Notes: generated by a model not told the origin, from the sequence alone. Positions 46,049 to 56,265 are shown, counted from the first letter of the stretch. The stretch: DNA of 64,000 nucleotides from an uncultured Bdellovibrionales bacterium (GCA_964353175.1 CAYGUX010000010.1:7995-71994); one strand, 5' to 3'. Numbers and translations: made by a program.

Positions 46049-46056
46049 GTAATATT

Positions 46057-46455
46057 ATGGTAACAGATCAAATTGCAGATTTATTGACTCGTATTAGGAA
46101 TGCTCAAGGAGCTAGGCATAAGACTTTACGCATGCCTGCATCCAAGGAGAAGCACAGAATTCTATCCTTGATGGTAAGCGAGGGTTTCCTTGAAAACGTT
46201 TCAGAAGAAAAGTCTTTAACTGGTAAGCCAGAGCTAGGTGTGGTTCTTAAGTATGATAAGTACGGAGCACCAGTTATTAATGAAATTAAGAGAATAAGTA
46301 CTCCAGGAAGAAGAACTTATGTAGGTGCTGAGTCAATTCCAAAAGTAAGAGGCGGATTAGGGATAGTTATCGTTTCTACTTCAAAAGGTGTATTGACTGA
46401 TAGAGAAGCTCGCAAGGTTGGTGTTGGTGGCGAGTTAGTTTGTTCTATTTATTAG
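46057..46455 (+). CDS. rpsH: 30S ribosomal protein S8
   Basis: DQIADLLTRIRNA ... GLGIVIVSTSKGVLTD. Confidence 0.97.
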   Translation: MVTDQIADLLTRIRNAQGARHKTLRMPASKEKHRILSLMVSEGFLENVSEEKSLTGKPELGVVLKYDKYGAPVINEIKRISTPGRRTYVGAESIPKVRGGLGIVIVSTSKGVLTDREARKVGVGGELVCSIY

Positions 46456-46491
46456 AGAATAAAGTTTTTTAAAACGAATTGGAGAAATAAT

Positions 46492-47043
46492 ATGTCTAGG
46501 GTTGGAAAATTACCAATTGAAATTCCTGGGTCTGTAACAGCCACTATAGCAGGGCAACTTTTAGAAGTTAAAGGCCCTAAAGGTAAGTTATCTAGGGAAA
46601 TTAGACCAGAAATTAAAGCCGTTATTGATGGCGCTAATTTAACATTTGAAGTATTAACTAAAAGTGGTCAAGCAAGCGCATTTCATGGTTTAGAAAGATC
46701 ATTAGCGGCTAATATGGTTAAAGGTGTTTCAGACGGCTTTGTTAAAGAACTTTCTTTAATCGGAACTGGTTATAGAGCGGAACAAGCTGGGCCTAATGTT
46801 TTAACATTAGCACTTGGTTATTCTCACACTATTGATTTTGCGGTTCCTACAGGAATTACAGCTACAGTTGTAAAAGAAGGTAGAGAAGTATTCATTCGGT
46901 TAGAGTCATCAGATAAGCAATTGCTAGGTCAAGTAGCCTCTCAAATTAGAGCCTTAAGACCACCTGAGCCTTACAAAGGTAAAGGCGTTAGATATAGAGA
47001 CGAAGTAGTTAAGTTAAAAGCTGGTAAAGCTGGTAAGAAGTAA
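46492..47043 (+). CDS. rplF: 50S ribosomal protein L6
   Basis: MSRVGKLPIEIP ... GTGYRAE ... PEPYKGKGVRY. Confidence 0.97.
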   Translation: MSRVGKLPIEIPGSVTATIAGQLLEVKGPKGKLSREIRPEIKAVIDGANLTFEVLTKSGQASAFHGLERSLAANMVKGVSDGFVKELSLIGTGYRAEQAGPNVLTLALGYSHTIDFAVPTGITATVVKEGREVFIRLESSDKQLLGQVASQIRALRPPEPYKGKGVRYRDEVVKLKAGKAGKK

Positions 47044-47061
47044 TTAAGTAAAAGGCTGATT

Positions 47062-47424
47062 ATGGCAGATTTAAAGAAAAAACACGCATCAAGAATAAGA
47101 CGTAAAATAAGAGTTCGTAAACAAATCAAGGGCACTTCAGAGAAGCCAAGATTATGTGTATTTAGAAGTCTTAAGTACACTTATGCACAATTAATCTCAG
47201 ATGAAGATGGAACTGTATTGGCAGCAGCGTCAACTAGAAACTTAAGTGTTGAAGGTGGATCAGCAGGATCAAAAGCAGGAGCAAAGACATTGGGATTAGA
47301 GCTTGCAAAAAAAGCATTAACTAAAAACATTAAGAATGTAGTGTTTGATAGAAATGGATACGTTTACCACGGAAGAGTAGCTTCAGTGGCAGATGGCGCT
47401 AGAGAAGGCGGATTGCAGTTCTAA
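47062..47424 (+). CDS. rplR: 50S ribosomal protein L18
   Basis: PRLCVFRSLKYTYAQLI ... VFDRNGYVYHGRV. Confidence 0.95.
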   Translation: MADLKKKHASRIRRKIRVRKQIKGTSEKPRLCVFRSLKYTYAQLISDEDGTVLAAASTRNLSVEGGSAGSKAGAKTLGLELAKKALTKNIKNVVFDRNGYVYHGRVASVADGAREGGLQF

Positions 47425-47472
47425 GTCGTATATTTATTATTTTAAGGTAGAGAAACAGGAGTAAAGAGACAA

Positions 47473-48018
47473 ATGGGAGCTAGATACCCAAGACCAACTC
47501 GAAGAAAAGCAACTGTACAAGATTGCGGTGAATTAACTGAAAAGGTAGTCTCTATTAGCCGTGTAGCTAAAGTGGTGAAAGGTGGAAGACGCTTTAGTTT
47601 TAGTGCGCTTGTAGCCGTAGGTGATGGTAGAGGACATGTAGGATACGGATTAGGTAAAGCTAATGAAGTTCCTGATGCTATCAGAAAGGCCACTGAAAGT
47701 GCTAAGAAGAATTTGATCAACGTTCACCTAGTAGGTACGACTATCCCTTTTGGAGTTATGGGAGAGGGTGGAGCTGCAAGAGTGATGTTAAAGCCAGCTA
47801 GTCCAGGAACAGGAGTTATCGCTGGATCTGTTGTAAGAAGTATCATGGAGCTTGTTGGCGTAAATGATATTTTGACTAAGAGCTTAGGTTCACAGAATCC
47901 TCATAACGTTTTGTCGGCAGTAATTAATGGTCTTTTACAATTAGAAGATCCATCAGAGATGGCATACACTAGAGGTAAAACTCTTGATGAACTTGGTTAT
48001 CAAGTTTTCGGTGCGTAA
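47473..48018 (+). CDS. rpsE: 30S ribosomal protein S5
   Basis: [44 protein letters not shown]. Confidence 0.97.
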   Translation: MGARYPRPTRRKATVQDCGELTEKVVSISRVAKVVKGGRRFSFSALVAVGDGRGHVGYGLGKANEVPDAIRKATESAKKNLINVHLVGTTIPFGVMGEGGAARVMLKPASPGTGVIAGSVVRSIMELVGVNDILTKSLGSQNPHNVLSAVINGLLQLEDPSEMAYTRGKTLDELGYQVFGA

Positions 48019-48057
48019 TAATTTTTAGGTAGTTTTAAAGAAAGTATTGGAGAGAAT

Positions 48058-48273
48058 ATGGCTAAAAAATCAAATGGATTTTCCTATAAGTTAGGAGACA
48101 CATTGAATGTTAAGCAAATTAGAAGTGCGATAGCTAGACCTAAAGATCAAAGACTGACGTTACAGACTATGGGCTTGGGACGGATTGGGCATTCTCATAA
48201 ATTTTCCTTAGATGCATCGCTTATGGGTAAGTTAAAAAAAGTTTGGCATCTCATTAGTGTTGAGAAAGTTTAG
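48058..48273 (+). CDS. rpmD: 50S ribosomal protein L30
   Basis: LNVKQIRSAIARPKDQRLTLQTMGLGRIG; operon position. Confidence 0.9.
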   Translation: MAKKSNGFSYKLGDTLNVKQIRSAIARPKDQRLTLQTMGLGRIGHSHKFSLDASLMGKLKKVWHLISVEKV

Positions 48274-48302
48274 AGCGTTTAAAGATTTAATAAGGTAAAA
48301 TT

Positions 48303-48812
48303 ATGGCTACAAATCAATCAGAAACTAGATCAAGTATGAATCTTAGTGGACTTGCTCCAACTAAGGGATCTAAGCATAGAAGAAAAAGAATTGGCTTTGG
48401 CGAAGGCAGTGGTTTAGGAAAGACTTGCGGAAAGGGAAACAAGGGGCACAGAGCTAGATCTGGGTATAAATCAAGTCCAGGATTTGAAGGTGGTCAAATG
48501 CCACTTCATAGACGTTTGCCAAAAGTTGGATTTACATCAAGAAAGAAGGTAGCTGGAACAAATGTTTTCTCACTAGTATCACTTGAAGTTTTAAATTCTC
48601 TAGCTGAAAGAACTGCTGATTCAGTAATTTCTTTAGAAGTTTTAAAAAGCGAAGGCTATTTAAAATCATCTAAACCTAGAGTTAAAATTCTTGGTAAAGG
48701 CGAAGTAACTAAGAAAATCATAGTGGAAGCACATGCTGTAAGTGAAGGCGCTAAACTTGCTATTGAGAAAGCTGGCGGAGAAGTTCGAGTCGTCAGTTTC
48801 TATAAAGAGTAA
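48303..48812 (+). CDS. rplO: 50S ribosomal protein L15
   Basis: KRIGFGEGSGLGKTCGKGNKG ... GGQMPLHRRLPK. Confidence 0.95.
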   Translation: MATNQSETRSSMNLSGLAPTKGSKHRRKRIGFGEGSGLGKTCGKGNKGHRARSGYKSSPGFEGGQMPLHRRLPKVGFTSRKKVAGTNVFSLVSLEVLNSLAERTADSVISLEVLKSEGYLKSSKPRVKILGKGEVTKKIIVEAHAVSEGAKLAIEKAGGEVRVVSFYKE

Positions 48813-48833
48813 GATTTTTAATTCTTTGTAAAT

Positions 48834-48866
48834 AAAAAGGGCTCAATTTGGGCCCTTTTTATTTTT
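48834..48866 (+). terminator. Terminator/attenuator-like hairpin between rplO and secY
   Basis: AAAAAGGGC (48834-48842) pairs with GCCCTTTTT (48852-48860), and a T-run continues to 48866. Confidence 0.6.
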
Positions 48867-48949
48867 CAGTGTCCTATTCAATGGCGTAATTTCAACTTTC
48901 AAGCTATAACCATCTTCAATTATTTAATTATTTAACTCGGAGAAACTAA

Positions 48950-50293
48950 GTGATACCTGGTATTCAAAACGCAGCTAAGATTCCTGAACTTAGAAAAAGA
49001 GCATTATATACTCTCGGCATGTTAATAATCTATCGTATAGGTGTTTTTGTACCTGTACCTGGGATAGATGCGGAACAGTTCAGAAGAAAGTTCCAAGATG
49101 CTTCCGCAACAGTTTTTGGAATGGTTAATATGTTTTCTGGAGGAGCTATTGAAAACTTTTCAATACTCGCTTTAGGAATTATGCCATACATTAGCGTGTC
49201 CATCATAATGCAACTTCTTACAAGCACATCTAAGTATTTGGAAGATCTGTCTAAAGAAGGCGCTCATGGGAAAAAAATTATTACAAGGTACACTAGAATT
49301 GGAACCATCATATTAGCCTTGATCCAAGGTAGTGTGATTAGTGCGGGACTTCAGTCTCAAGGATTGGTGAGCACTCCAGGTACGATGTTCGTGATTAAGT
49401 CTGCTATTACATTGGCTGCTGGAACTGCTTTTATTATGTGGTTGGGTGAGCAGATTACAGAAAGAGGTATTGGTAACGGTGCTAGTTTAATTATCTCTGC
49501 CGGGATCATAGCTAGAATGCCATCAACATTATTTCAAACTTTAGAGTTAATGGGTGAAGGTGGTATCGAGCCAGCCTCTCTTTTATTGGTGTTCTTATTT
49601 GGAATTGGCACTGTCCTTTTTATAGTTTATGTTGAAAGATGTCAGAGGCAAATACCAGTTCAGTATCCAAAGCGAGTTGCTGGTGGCCGAATGATGACTC
49701 AATCGGCAGCGCAACACATGCCGTTAAAACTTAATACTGCTGGGGTAATACCCCCGATTTTCGCATCTGCTTTTTTACTATTCCCAGCTACGATCGCTCA
49801 AGTTGGAGATGCAAAATGGATGGAAGCATATTTAGCCTATTTATCACCAGGGTCATTTTCCTATGAGTTGATATTTGCAGGTTTAATCATGTTCTTCGGA
49901 TACTTTTATACCGCGCTTATGTTTGATCCAGCACAGATTTCAGAGAACTTAAAAAAGAATGGTGGTTTTATTCCAACGGTTAGACCAGGAAAGGATACCA
50001 CTGAATTCTTAATGAGAGTTTTAAATAGATTGACATTATGGGGATCTATTTATTTAGCTATTATCTGTATTGCACCGCAAGTGTTTTATAGTGAGATGGG
50101 AGCTACTGGATTTTCTTATTTTTTTGGTGGGACTGCTATATTGATTGTAGTTGGTGTTACCATGGACACAATGTCTCAAATTCAGTCTCATATGTTTGCT
50201 AAGAGTTATGAGTCTTTTCTGGATAAAGGCAGTAAGAAGGTACGCGGCGCTGCCAGTGCAAGCCAAGTCGGTGGTAGATTAATTAGAAGGTAG
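48950..50293 (+). CDS. secY: Preprotein translocase subunit SecY
   Basis: GTG start after GGAG. 10-TM protein with IPGIDA ... ALGIMPYISVSIIMQLL ... WLGEQITERGIGNGASLII. Confidence 0.97.
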   Translation: MIPGIQNAAKIPELRKRALYTLGMLIIYRIGVFVPVPGIDAEQFRRKFQDASATVFGMVNMFSGGAIENFSILALGIMPYISVSIIMQLLTSTSKYLEDLSKEGAHGKKIITRYTRIGTIILALIQGSVISAGLQSQGLVSTPGTMFVIKSAITLAAGTAFIMWLGEQITERGIGNGASLIISAGIIARMPSTLFQTLELMGEGGIEPASLLLVFLFGIGTVLFIVYVERCQRQIPVQYPKRVAGGRMMTQSAAQHMPLKLNTAGVIPPIFASAFLLFPATIAQVGDAKWMEAYLAYLSPGSFSYELIFAGLIMFFGYFYTALMFDPAQISENLKKNGGFIPTVRPGKDTTEFLMRVLNRLTLWGSIYLAIICIAPQVFYSEMGATGFSYFFGGTAILIVVGVTMDTMSQIQSHMFAKSYESFLDKGSKKVRGAASASQVGGRLIRR

Positions 50294-50300
50294 ATAACAG

Positions 50301-50864
50301 ATGAGAGCTATATATATCTTTTTAGGTCCTCCAGGGGCGGGTAAGGGGACTCAAGCTAAAAAGTTTTCTGCAGACCAAGGCATAGCGCATATTAGTACAG
50401 GTGATATGCTAAGAGCGTCCATGCAAGCTGGAACAGAGCAGGGGAATCAGATAAAGGCAATTGTTGATTCTGGTAATCTAGTTTCTGATGATGTTGTGAT
50501 CGATCTAATTAGAGATAGAATATCTAAAGCTGACTGTGAAAATGGATTTCTTTTGGATGGTTTCCCAAGAACGGTCCCTCAGGCACAAGCTTTAAAACAA
50601 TTATTATTAGAATCTGATGAGAAGTTAGCTTCAGCAATATTGTTTGAAGTTGATGAAATTGAATTATTAGCAAGGCTATCTGGGCGTAGGGATGCAGAGC
50701 AAAGAGCAGATGATGCTGAAGAAACTCAAAGAAAACGTATCGACGTCTATCATGCGCAAACAGCGCCATTAATTGCTTACTATTCAGAGATTGGCAAACT
50801 AAAAAGAATAGATTCTAATGGAACAGTAGAAGAAGTGTACGAGAAACTTCGAGAAGTAATATAA
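50301..50864 (+). CDS. adk: Adenylate kinase (short-LID type)
   Basis: GPPGAGKGTQA ... GFLLDGFPRT. The LID segment is short and has no Cys4 motif. Confidence 0.95.
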   Translation: MRAIYIFLGPPGAGKGTQAKKFSADQGIAHISTGDMLRASMQAGTEQGNQIKAIVDSGNLVSDDVVIDLIRDRISKADCENGFLLDGFPRTVPQAQALKQLLLESDEKLASAILFEVDEIELLARLSGRRDAEQRADDAEETQRKRIDVYHAQTAPLIAYYSEIGKLKRIDSNGTVEEVYEKLREVI

Positions 50865-50873
50865 ATAATTATT

Positions 50874-51644
50874 ATGGCTATTACTTTAAAAAATAGTGAC
50901 GAGATTGCTCTAATGAGGAAAGCTAATCTCGTAGTTTATGAGATTCACGAAGAGTTGAAAAGTTTAATGAAAGTAGGTGTGACTACTTTGGAAATTGATA
51001 CAGTCGCTAAAAACCTTTGTACTAAGTACAAAGTTAAACCAGCTTTTTTAAATTACCCATCTTCTACCAAGGGTGTAAAAGATTTTCCTGGAGTGGTATG
51101 TGCCTCTCCCAATGATGTTATCGTTCACGGAATTCCAGATGCTACACCATTGCGTGATGGCGATATTTTGAGCGTTGATTTTGGTTGTTGTTATGAAGGT
51201 TTTTACGGTGATTCCGCGAGGACTTATGCAATAGGCAGTGTCACTTCAGACGTTCAAATGTTGCTAGATACAACTGAACAAAGTTTAGAAGAAGCCATAA
51301 AGATGTGTGTAGCCGGTGGTAGAATTGGTGATATCTCTCATGCGGTACAATCTACGGTAGAAAAAAAAGGCTTGGGAGTAGTTAGAGAGTTTGTCGGGCA
51401 TGGCATTGGGCGTAAAATGCATGAACCCCCGCACATTCCTAATTATGGATTAAAGGGTCAGGGTAGGGTATTGAAGTCTGGAATGGTCCTAGCAATCGAG
51501 CCAATGATTACTTTAGGTGATTATCAGGTAAAAATACGTTCAGATGGATGGACAGCCGCGACTAAGGATGGTAGTTACTCGGCCCATTTCGAACATACGG
51601 TAGCAATTACAGATAAAGGCCCTTACGTATTATCACGGCCTTGA
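50874..51644 (+). CDS. map: Methionine aminopeptidase type I
   Basis: VCASPNDVIVHGIP ... DGDILSVDFG ... GHGIGRKMHEPP ... LAIEPM ... AHFEHT. Confidence 0.95.
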   Translation: MAITLKNSDEIALMRKANLVVYEIHEELKSLMKVGVTTLEIDTVAKNLCTKYKVKPAFLNYPSSTKGVKDFPGVVCASPNDVIVHGIPDATPLRDGDILSVDFGCCYEGFYGDSARTYAIGSVTSDVQMLLDTTEQSLEEAIKMCVAGGRIGDISHAVQSTVEKKGLGVVREFVGHGIGRKMHEPPHIPNYGLKGQGRVLKSGMVLAIEPMITLGDYQVKIRSDGWTAATKDGSYSAHFEHTVAITDKGPYVLSRP

Positions 51645-51739
51645 TTTTTCTTGTGTAAGCGTAATTGCTAGAGATTAGTGTTGTTTTTGAGTTTTATGGT
51701 ATAATCGGGCCAATTAATTGGCATTTTTGAAGGAGATTT

Positions 51740-51856
51740 ATGAAAGTTAGAGCCTCAGTAAAGAAGATTTGTGAGTATTGTAAGGTACTTAAGAGAAAAG
51801 GTAGAGTATATGTGATCTGCACAAGAAGTGCTAAACACAAACAAAGACAAGGATAA
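51740..51856 (+). CDS. rpmJ: 50S ribosomal protein L36 (38 aa)
   Basis: Not in the track because it is under 60 aa. [38 protein letters not shown], preceded by AGGAG. Confidence 0.95.
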   Translation: MKVRASVKKICEYCKVLKRKGRVYVICTRSAKHKQRQG

Positions 51857-52129
51857 TTAGACTATTATTTAGTTTAAAAGTTTCTGTTCTTGGGTTTTTT
51901 ATTGGTTATTTAATTAAACTTTAGACTTAAAAGCACTATTTTTAAGTCAGGAGCTTGATTTTATTTTGGTTTTTATATATTTCGCCTGTGAATAATTCAG
52001 TAAATCTCACTTAAATAATAGTGGAGACCTGAAATTTATTTGGTGTAATTAGGGGCTTAATGCTCTTTAGAGACTGTAATGAATATTACAGTTTAGTTTG
52101 AAATGTTTTCGTATTTTTGGAATTAATTC

Positions 52130-52513
52130 ATGGCTCGTATTGCTGGTATCGATCTTCCTAGGAATAAAAGAGTAGATATTGCTCTTACCTATATTGTTGG
52201 AATTGGAAAAACTACATCTGCATTAGTTTTAAAAGAAGCTGATATTGATCCTGCTGTTAGAACAGACGCACTTAGTGAAGACCAAGTGGGGACAATCAGA
52301 AAAATCATTGAAAATAAATATCCTGTTGAAGGGGATATTCGAAGACAAACTGGTGCGAACATCAAGAGATTGATGGATCTTGGTACCTACAGAGGACTAA
52401 GACATAGAAAAGGGCTACCAGTAAGAGGTCAGAGAACAAATACGAATTCTAGAACAAGGAAAGGTCCTAGAAGAGGAACAGTTCCTGGTAAAAAAATTGC
52501 AACTAAGAAGTAA
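52130..52513 (+). CDS. rpsM: 30S ribosomal protein S13
   Basis: [15 protein letters not shown] ... [17 protein letters not shown]. Confidence 0.97.
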   Translation: MARIAGIDLPRNKRVDIALTYIVGIGKTTSALVLKEADIDPAVRTDALSEDQVGTIRKIIENKYPVEGDIRRQTGANIKRLMDLGTYRGLRHRKGLPVRGQRTNTNSRTRKGPRRGTVPGKKIATKK

Positions 52514-52545
52514 GATTTCAAAATAGTAAAGTAAATTGATATAAT

Positions 52546-52947
52546 ATGGCAACAGATAAGAAAGCAGCTGCAGGAAAGAAGAAGAAAACTAAGTCTAAGA
52601 ATGTACCTATTGGGATAGCTCATATTCAGGCGACATTTAATAACACAGTAGTCACTATTACAGATCCTTCTGGTGGTGTGTTATCTTGGTCAAGTTCTGG
52701 ATGCCACGGATTTAAAGGTTCTAGAAAGTCAACACCATTTGCTGCCCAAGTAACAGCGCAGAAAGCCGCTGAAGTTGCTATGGAACATGGATTGAGAACA
52801 GCAGCTGTGATTATTCGCGGACCTGGTTCAGGAAGAGAGTCTGCTTTAAGAGCGCTACAAAGTACAGGAATTGCGATTACTTCCATAAAGGATTTAACTC
52901 CAATTCCTCATAATGGTTGTAGGCCAAAGAAGAGAAGAAGAGTTTAG
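52546..52947 (+). CDS. rpsK: 30S ribosomal protein S11
   Basis: [18 protein letters not shown] ... [14 protein letters not shown]. Confidence 0.97.
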   Translation: MATDKKAAAGKKKKTKSKNVPIGIAHIQATFNNTVVTITDPSGGVLSWSSSGCHGFKGSRKSTPFAAQVTAQKAAEVAMEHGLRTAAVIIRGPGSGRESALRALQSTGIAITSIKDLTPIPHNGCRPKKRRRV

Positions 52948-53020
52948 TATTAGTTTCGATTGGAACAAATTTTATTTAATTTCAAAATTATTGCCTTAAG
53001 ATAGATAAATTAGGATTGAT

Positions 53021-53647
53021 ATGGCTAGATATTGTGGATCAGTTTGTAGATTGTGTAGAAGAGAAGGAGAGAAGTTATTTCTCAAAGGAGATCGATGCTA
53101 CACAAATAAATGTGCTATTGAGCGAAGAGAAGGACAACCTGGTCAGCACAGTAGAGCTAGAGGTAAGTTCTCAGAATACAAAATTCAGTTAAGAGAGAAG
53201 CAAAAGATTAAACGCATGTATGGGTTGCTAGAGAAGCAGTTCAGAGGCGTATTCCATCTTGCAGATAGAATGAAGGGAGTCACAGGAACTAACCTCCTTA
53301 GACTTTTAGAAAGCCGTTTAGACAATATGGTTTATCGTTCTGGCTTTGCTAGTTCAAGAAGCCAAGCTAGACAATTTGTTACACATGGTTTGTTCCTTGT
53401 AAATGGTAAGAAGGTAGATATCCCTTCTTATAAAGTTGCACCAGGTGATGTGCTTTCAATCAGAGAAAAATCTAAGAACGGGGTTAAGATTCAAGAATCT
53501 TTAAACGGAACAGAGATTAGAAAGATTCCTGATTGGATAGAGCTTAATAAGGCTGAGTTGCAAGCAGTTGTTCGTGATTTGCCAACTAGAGATCAGTTGA
53601 CTCATCCGATGAAAGAGCAGTTAGTAGTAGAATTATACTCTAAATAG
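53021..53647 (+). CDS. rpsD: 30S ribosomal protein S4
   Basis: MARYCGSVCRLCRREGEKLFLKGDRC ... RLDNMVYRSGFA. Confidence 0.97.
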   Translation: MARYCGSVCRLCRREGEKLFLKGDRCYTNKCAIERREGQPGQHSRARGKFSEYKIQLREKQKIKRMYGLLEKQFRGVFHLADRMKGVTGTNLLRLLESRLDNMVYRSGFASSRSQARQFVTHGLFLVNGKKVDIPSYKVAPGDVLSIREKSKNGVKIQESLNGTEIRKIPDWIELNKAELQAVVRDLPTRDQLTHPMKEQLVVELYSK

Positions 53648-53791
53648 CGGTTAGGATTGGTTCGTAAGGGCCAGTTATATTAGAATTTAGTTTTCGCATT
53701 TATTTTTTTAGGATAAATAGCGAGGAAGTCATAGAAATTATTGCTAATATTTTTTAGTAGATTATTGAGATCATAAATTTAGGAAAATAAT

Positions 53792-54820
53792 ATGTTTAAG
53801 CATTTACTTAAGGACCTTATCAAGCCAAGAAGAGTTGAGAGTGAGGATGTTAGTGAAAGGTATGGTAAGTTTATCGCAGGCCCATTAGAGAGAGGTTATG
53901 GGACTACCATCGGTAATAGTCTTCGAAGAATATTGTTATCTTCTTTACCAGGAGCGTCAATTACTTCTTTAAGAATTGAAGGCGTTAAGCATGAGTTTTC
54001 TACAATCCCAGGTTGTACTGAGGATGTTACAGAGATTATCTTAAATCTAAAAGAAGTTGTGATGGATTTAGGTGATAAAGATGTCGCTAGTTTGAGAATC
54101 GATGCAAAAGGTCCATGTGAAGTAACTGCTGGAATGATTCAAGGTGAAGGGTTTGTAGAGTTTCTAAATCCAGATCTTCATATTGCTTCATTAAATGAAG
54201 AAGGCCATTTAAAGATCGAGTTAGATGCTAAAGTTGGTAGAGGATACGTCGCTGCTGAATATTTAAAGACAGAAGATGCAGCAATCGGAACAATCTTTAT
54301 CGATGCATTTTATTCTCCTGTAAGAAAAGTAAATTATGTAGTTACTAACTCTCGTGTTGGTCAGACTACTGATTATGATAAATTATCTTTAGAAGTGTGG
54401 ACTGACGGAAGCGTCACTCCAGAAGACGCTATCAGAGGTTCAGCAATGATCCTTAGAGATCAATTAAATATTTTTGCTGGTGACGAAGAAGTTATCCATG
54501 AAGTGAAAGAAGAAGTGAAGGAAGAAGGTCCAAAGCTTAATGAGAACTTGTTCAGAAGAATCGATGAACTTGAACTTTCAGTAAGATCTTCTAACTGTTT
54601 AGAGAATGCTGATATTAAATATATTGGTGAACTTGTACTTCGATCTGAGAATGAAATGCTTAGAACTAAGAATTTCGGAAGAAAGAGTTTAAACGAGATT
54701 AAAGAAATTTTAGGCGACATGGGCTTAGGTCTTGGGATCCGAATTGAAGGCTTTCCATCGAGAGCAGAACTTGATCGTATGAATGATCAGGCAGGAACTA
54801 GTGCCAGCTCTTTTGAATAG
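53792..54820 (+). CDS. rpoA: DNA-directed RNA polymerase subunit alpha
   Basis: GYGTTIGNSLRRILLSS ... C-terminal domain LELSVRSSNCLENADIKYIGELV. Confidence 0.97.
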   Translation: MFKHLLKDLIKPRRVESEDVSERYGKFIAGPLERGYGTTIGNSLRRILLSSLPGASITSLRIEGVKHEFSTIPGCTEDVTEIILNLKEVVMDLGDKDVASLRIDAKGPCEVTAGMIQGEGFVEFLNPDLHIASLNEEGHLKIELDAKVGRGYVAAEYLKTEDAAIGTIFIDAFYSPVRKVNYVVTNSRVGQTTDYDKLSLEVWTDGSVTPEDAIRGSAMILRDQLNIFAGDEEVIHEVKEEVKEEGPKLNENLFRRIDELELSVRSSNCLENADIKYIGELVLRSENEMLRTKNFGRKSLNEIKEILGDMGLGLGIRIEGFPSRAELDRMNDQAGTSASSFE

Positions 54821-54858
54821 TAAATAATTAGAAATATTGAAGTACACTTGGTGATTTT

Positions 54859-55350
54859 ATGAGACATCAGAACGCATTTAGGAAGTTAAATAGAACAGCC
54901 TCTCACAGAAGAGCAATGTTCAGAAATCTTGCAACGTCTTTGGTTATACATGACAGAATCGAAACAACTCTTCCAAAGGCCAAAGAGTTGAAAAGAATTG
55001 CTGATAAGTTAATTACTTTAGGCAAGACAGATTCTCTAGCTAATAGAAGAAAGGCAATGGCTTACTTAATGCCAATTAATAAAGAAGCTAAGGGTAATGC
55101 TTTAAAGTGGACAGCAGTTCATAAGCTATTTACTGAATTGGCTCCTCAGTTTCAAGAGAGAGCGGGTGGATATACTAGAGTCTTAAGAACTAGAATTCGT
55201 CCAGGTGACGCAACTCAAATGGCATTGATTGCTTTTGTTGAAGGTGGAGTTGTAGAAACTAAGGGCGCAGAAAAGAAGAAAAGAACTAGAAGAGTAGCTA
55301 AAATCGATACGCCTGCAAAAGAAGAAGTAGCAACACAAGAAGTTCAATAA
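54859..55350 (+). CDS. rplQ: 50S ribosomal protein L17
   Basis: MRHQNAFRKLNRTASHRRAMFRNLATSL. Confidence 0.95.
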   Translation: MRHQNAFRKLNRTASHRRAMFRNLATSLVIHDRIETTLPKAKELKRIADKLITLGKTDSLANRRKAMAYLMPINKEAKGNALKWTAVHKLFTELAPQFQERAGGYTRVLRTRIRPGDATQMALIAFVEGGVVETKGAEKKKRTRRVAKIDTPAKEEVATQEVQ

Positions 55351-55370
55351 TCTAGAGGTAACTCCACGCT

Positions 55371-56138
55371 ATGGGACTATTATCCGGCAAGAAAGGACTG
55401 ATACTTGGGCTAGCAAATAACAAGAGCATCGCGTGGGGTATTGCGCAAAGTGCTGCACAAGAAGGAGCTACTTTAGGCTTTACTTATCTTAATGAAGCAT
55501 TAGAGAAAAGAGTTAGACCACTAGCAGAGTCCGTAGGATCTGAACTAATTGAAAAATGCGATGTTCAATTAGATGAAGATATTGATGCCTTAGTAAAAAG
55601 CGTAGAAGAAAAATGGGGCCAAATCGATTTCTTGGTTCATTCTGTAGCCTATGCAAGTGGCGATGATTTAAAGGGACCATTTCATAAAACTAGTAGAGCA
55701 GGCTTTGGCCTAGCAATGGATGTGAGCGCATATTCGCTTGTTTCAGTTACTGGTAAGTTCGCACATCTTTTTAAGAACGGCGGTAGTATCGTTACTATGA
55801 GTTATTTTGGAGCTGAAAAGGTAGTTCCTCATTATAGAGTAATGGGTGTCGCTAAAGCAGCATTAGAGGCCTGTGTTAGAGAATTAGCGGTTGATTTAGG
55901 CCCAGCAGGTATCAGAGTTAATTGTATTTCAGCGGGGCCAATTAGAACCTTGGCTGCTTCTGGTATTTCAGATTTCAGAGAGCTTTTGAACCATTTTGAA
56001 GCAAGAGCACCAATGAAGCGATTGATTACAATTGAAGACGTAGGTTCATCCTCGCTTTATTTCCTTTCTGACTTGTCTAAGGGAGTCACAGGAGAGGTTC
56101 ATTATGTCGATGGTGGCTTTAACGTTACTGCAGCTTAA
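55371..56138 (+). CDS. fabI: Enoyl-ACP reductase (NADH), FabI type
   Basis: GKKGLILGLANNKSIAWGIA ... the Y-x6-K region (VPHYRVMGVAKAALE) ... ISAGPIRTLAASGI. Confidence 0.9.
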   Translation: MGLLSGKKGLILGLANNKSIAWGIAQSAAQEGATLGFTYLNEALEKRVRPLAESVGSELIEKCDVQLDEDIDALVKSVEEKWGQIDFLVHSVAYASGDDLKGPFHKTSRAGFGLAMDVSAYSLVSVTGKFAHLFKNGGSIVTMSYFGAEKVVPHYRVMGVAKAALEACVRELAVDLGPAGIRVNCISAGPIRTLAASGISDFRELLNHFEARAPMKRLITIEDVGSSSLYFLSDLSKGVTGEVHYVDGGFNVTAA

Positions 56139-56265
56139 GTTCAGTTTAATTAAATTTTTAACTTTTTAGCCCTTGGTGTTTGAAGGTAAAATAACTAGAC
56201 TCTAAGATTGATTTTTGCCTTTTTGGAGGTATGGGTTCTACAATTCGATTAGAAACACTCTCAAT

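Noticed and set aside
41458-47720. Multiple antisense or alternative-frame ORFs inside ribosomal protein genes (e.g. 41458-41853, 42616-42882, 43734-44162, 47442-47720, 52626-52886).
   Set aside because: Each is fully contained in a universally conserved ribosomal protein gene on the other strand or in another frame, with no independent support.
51857-52129. A possible infA gene or pseudogene in the rpmJ-rpsM spacer.
   Set aside because: All frames are interrupted by frequent stops in this AT-rich stretch, and no IF-1-like peptide is visible.
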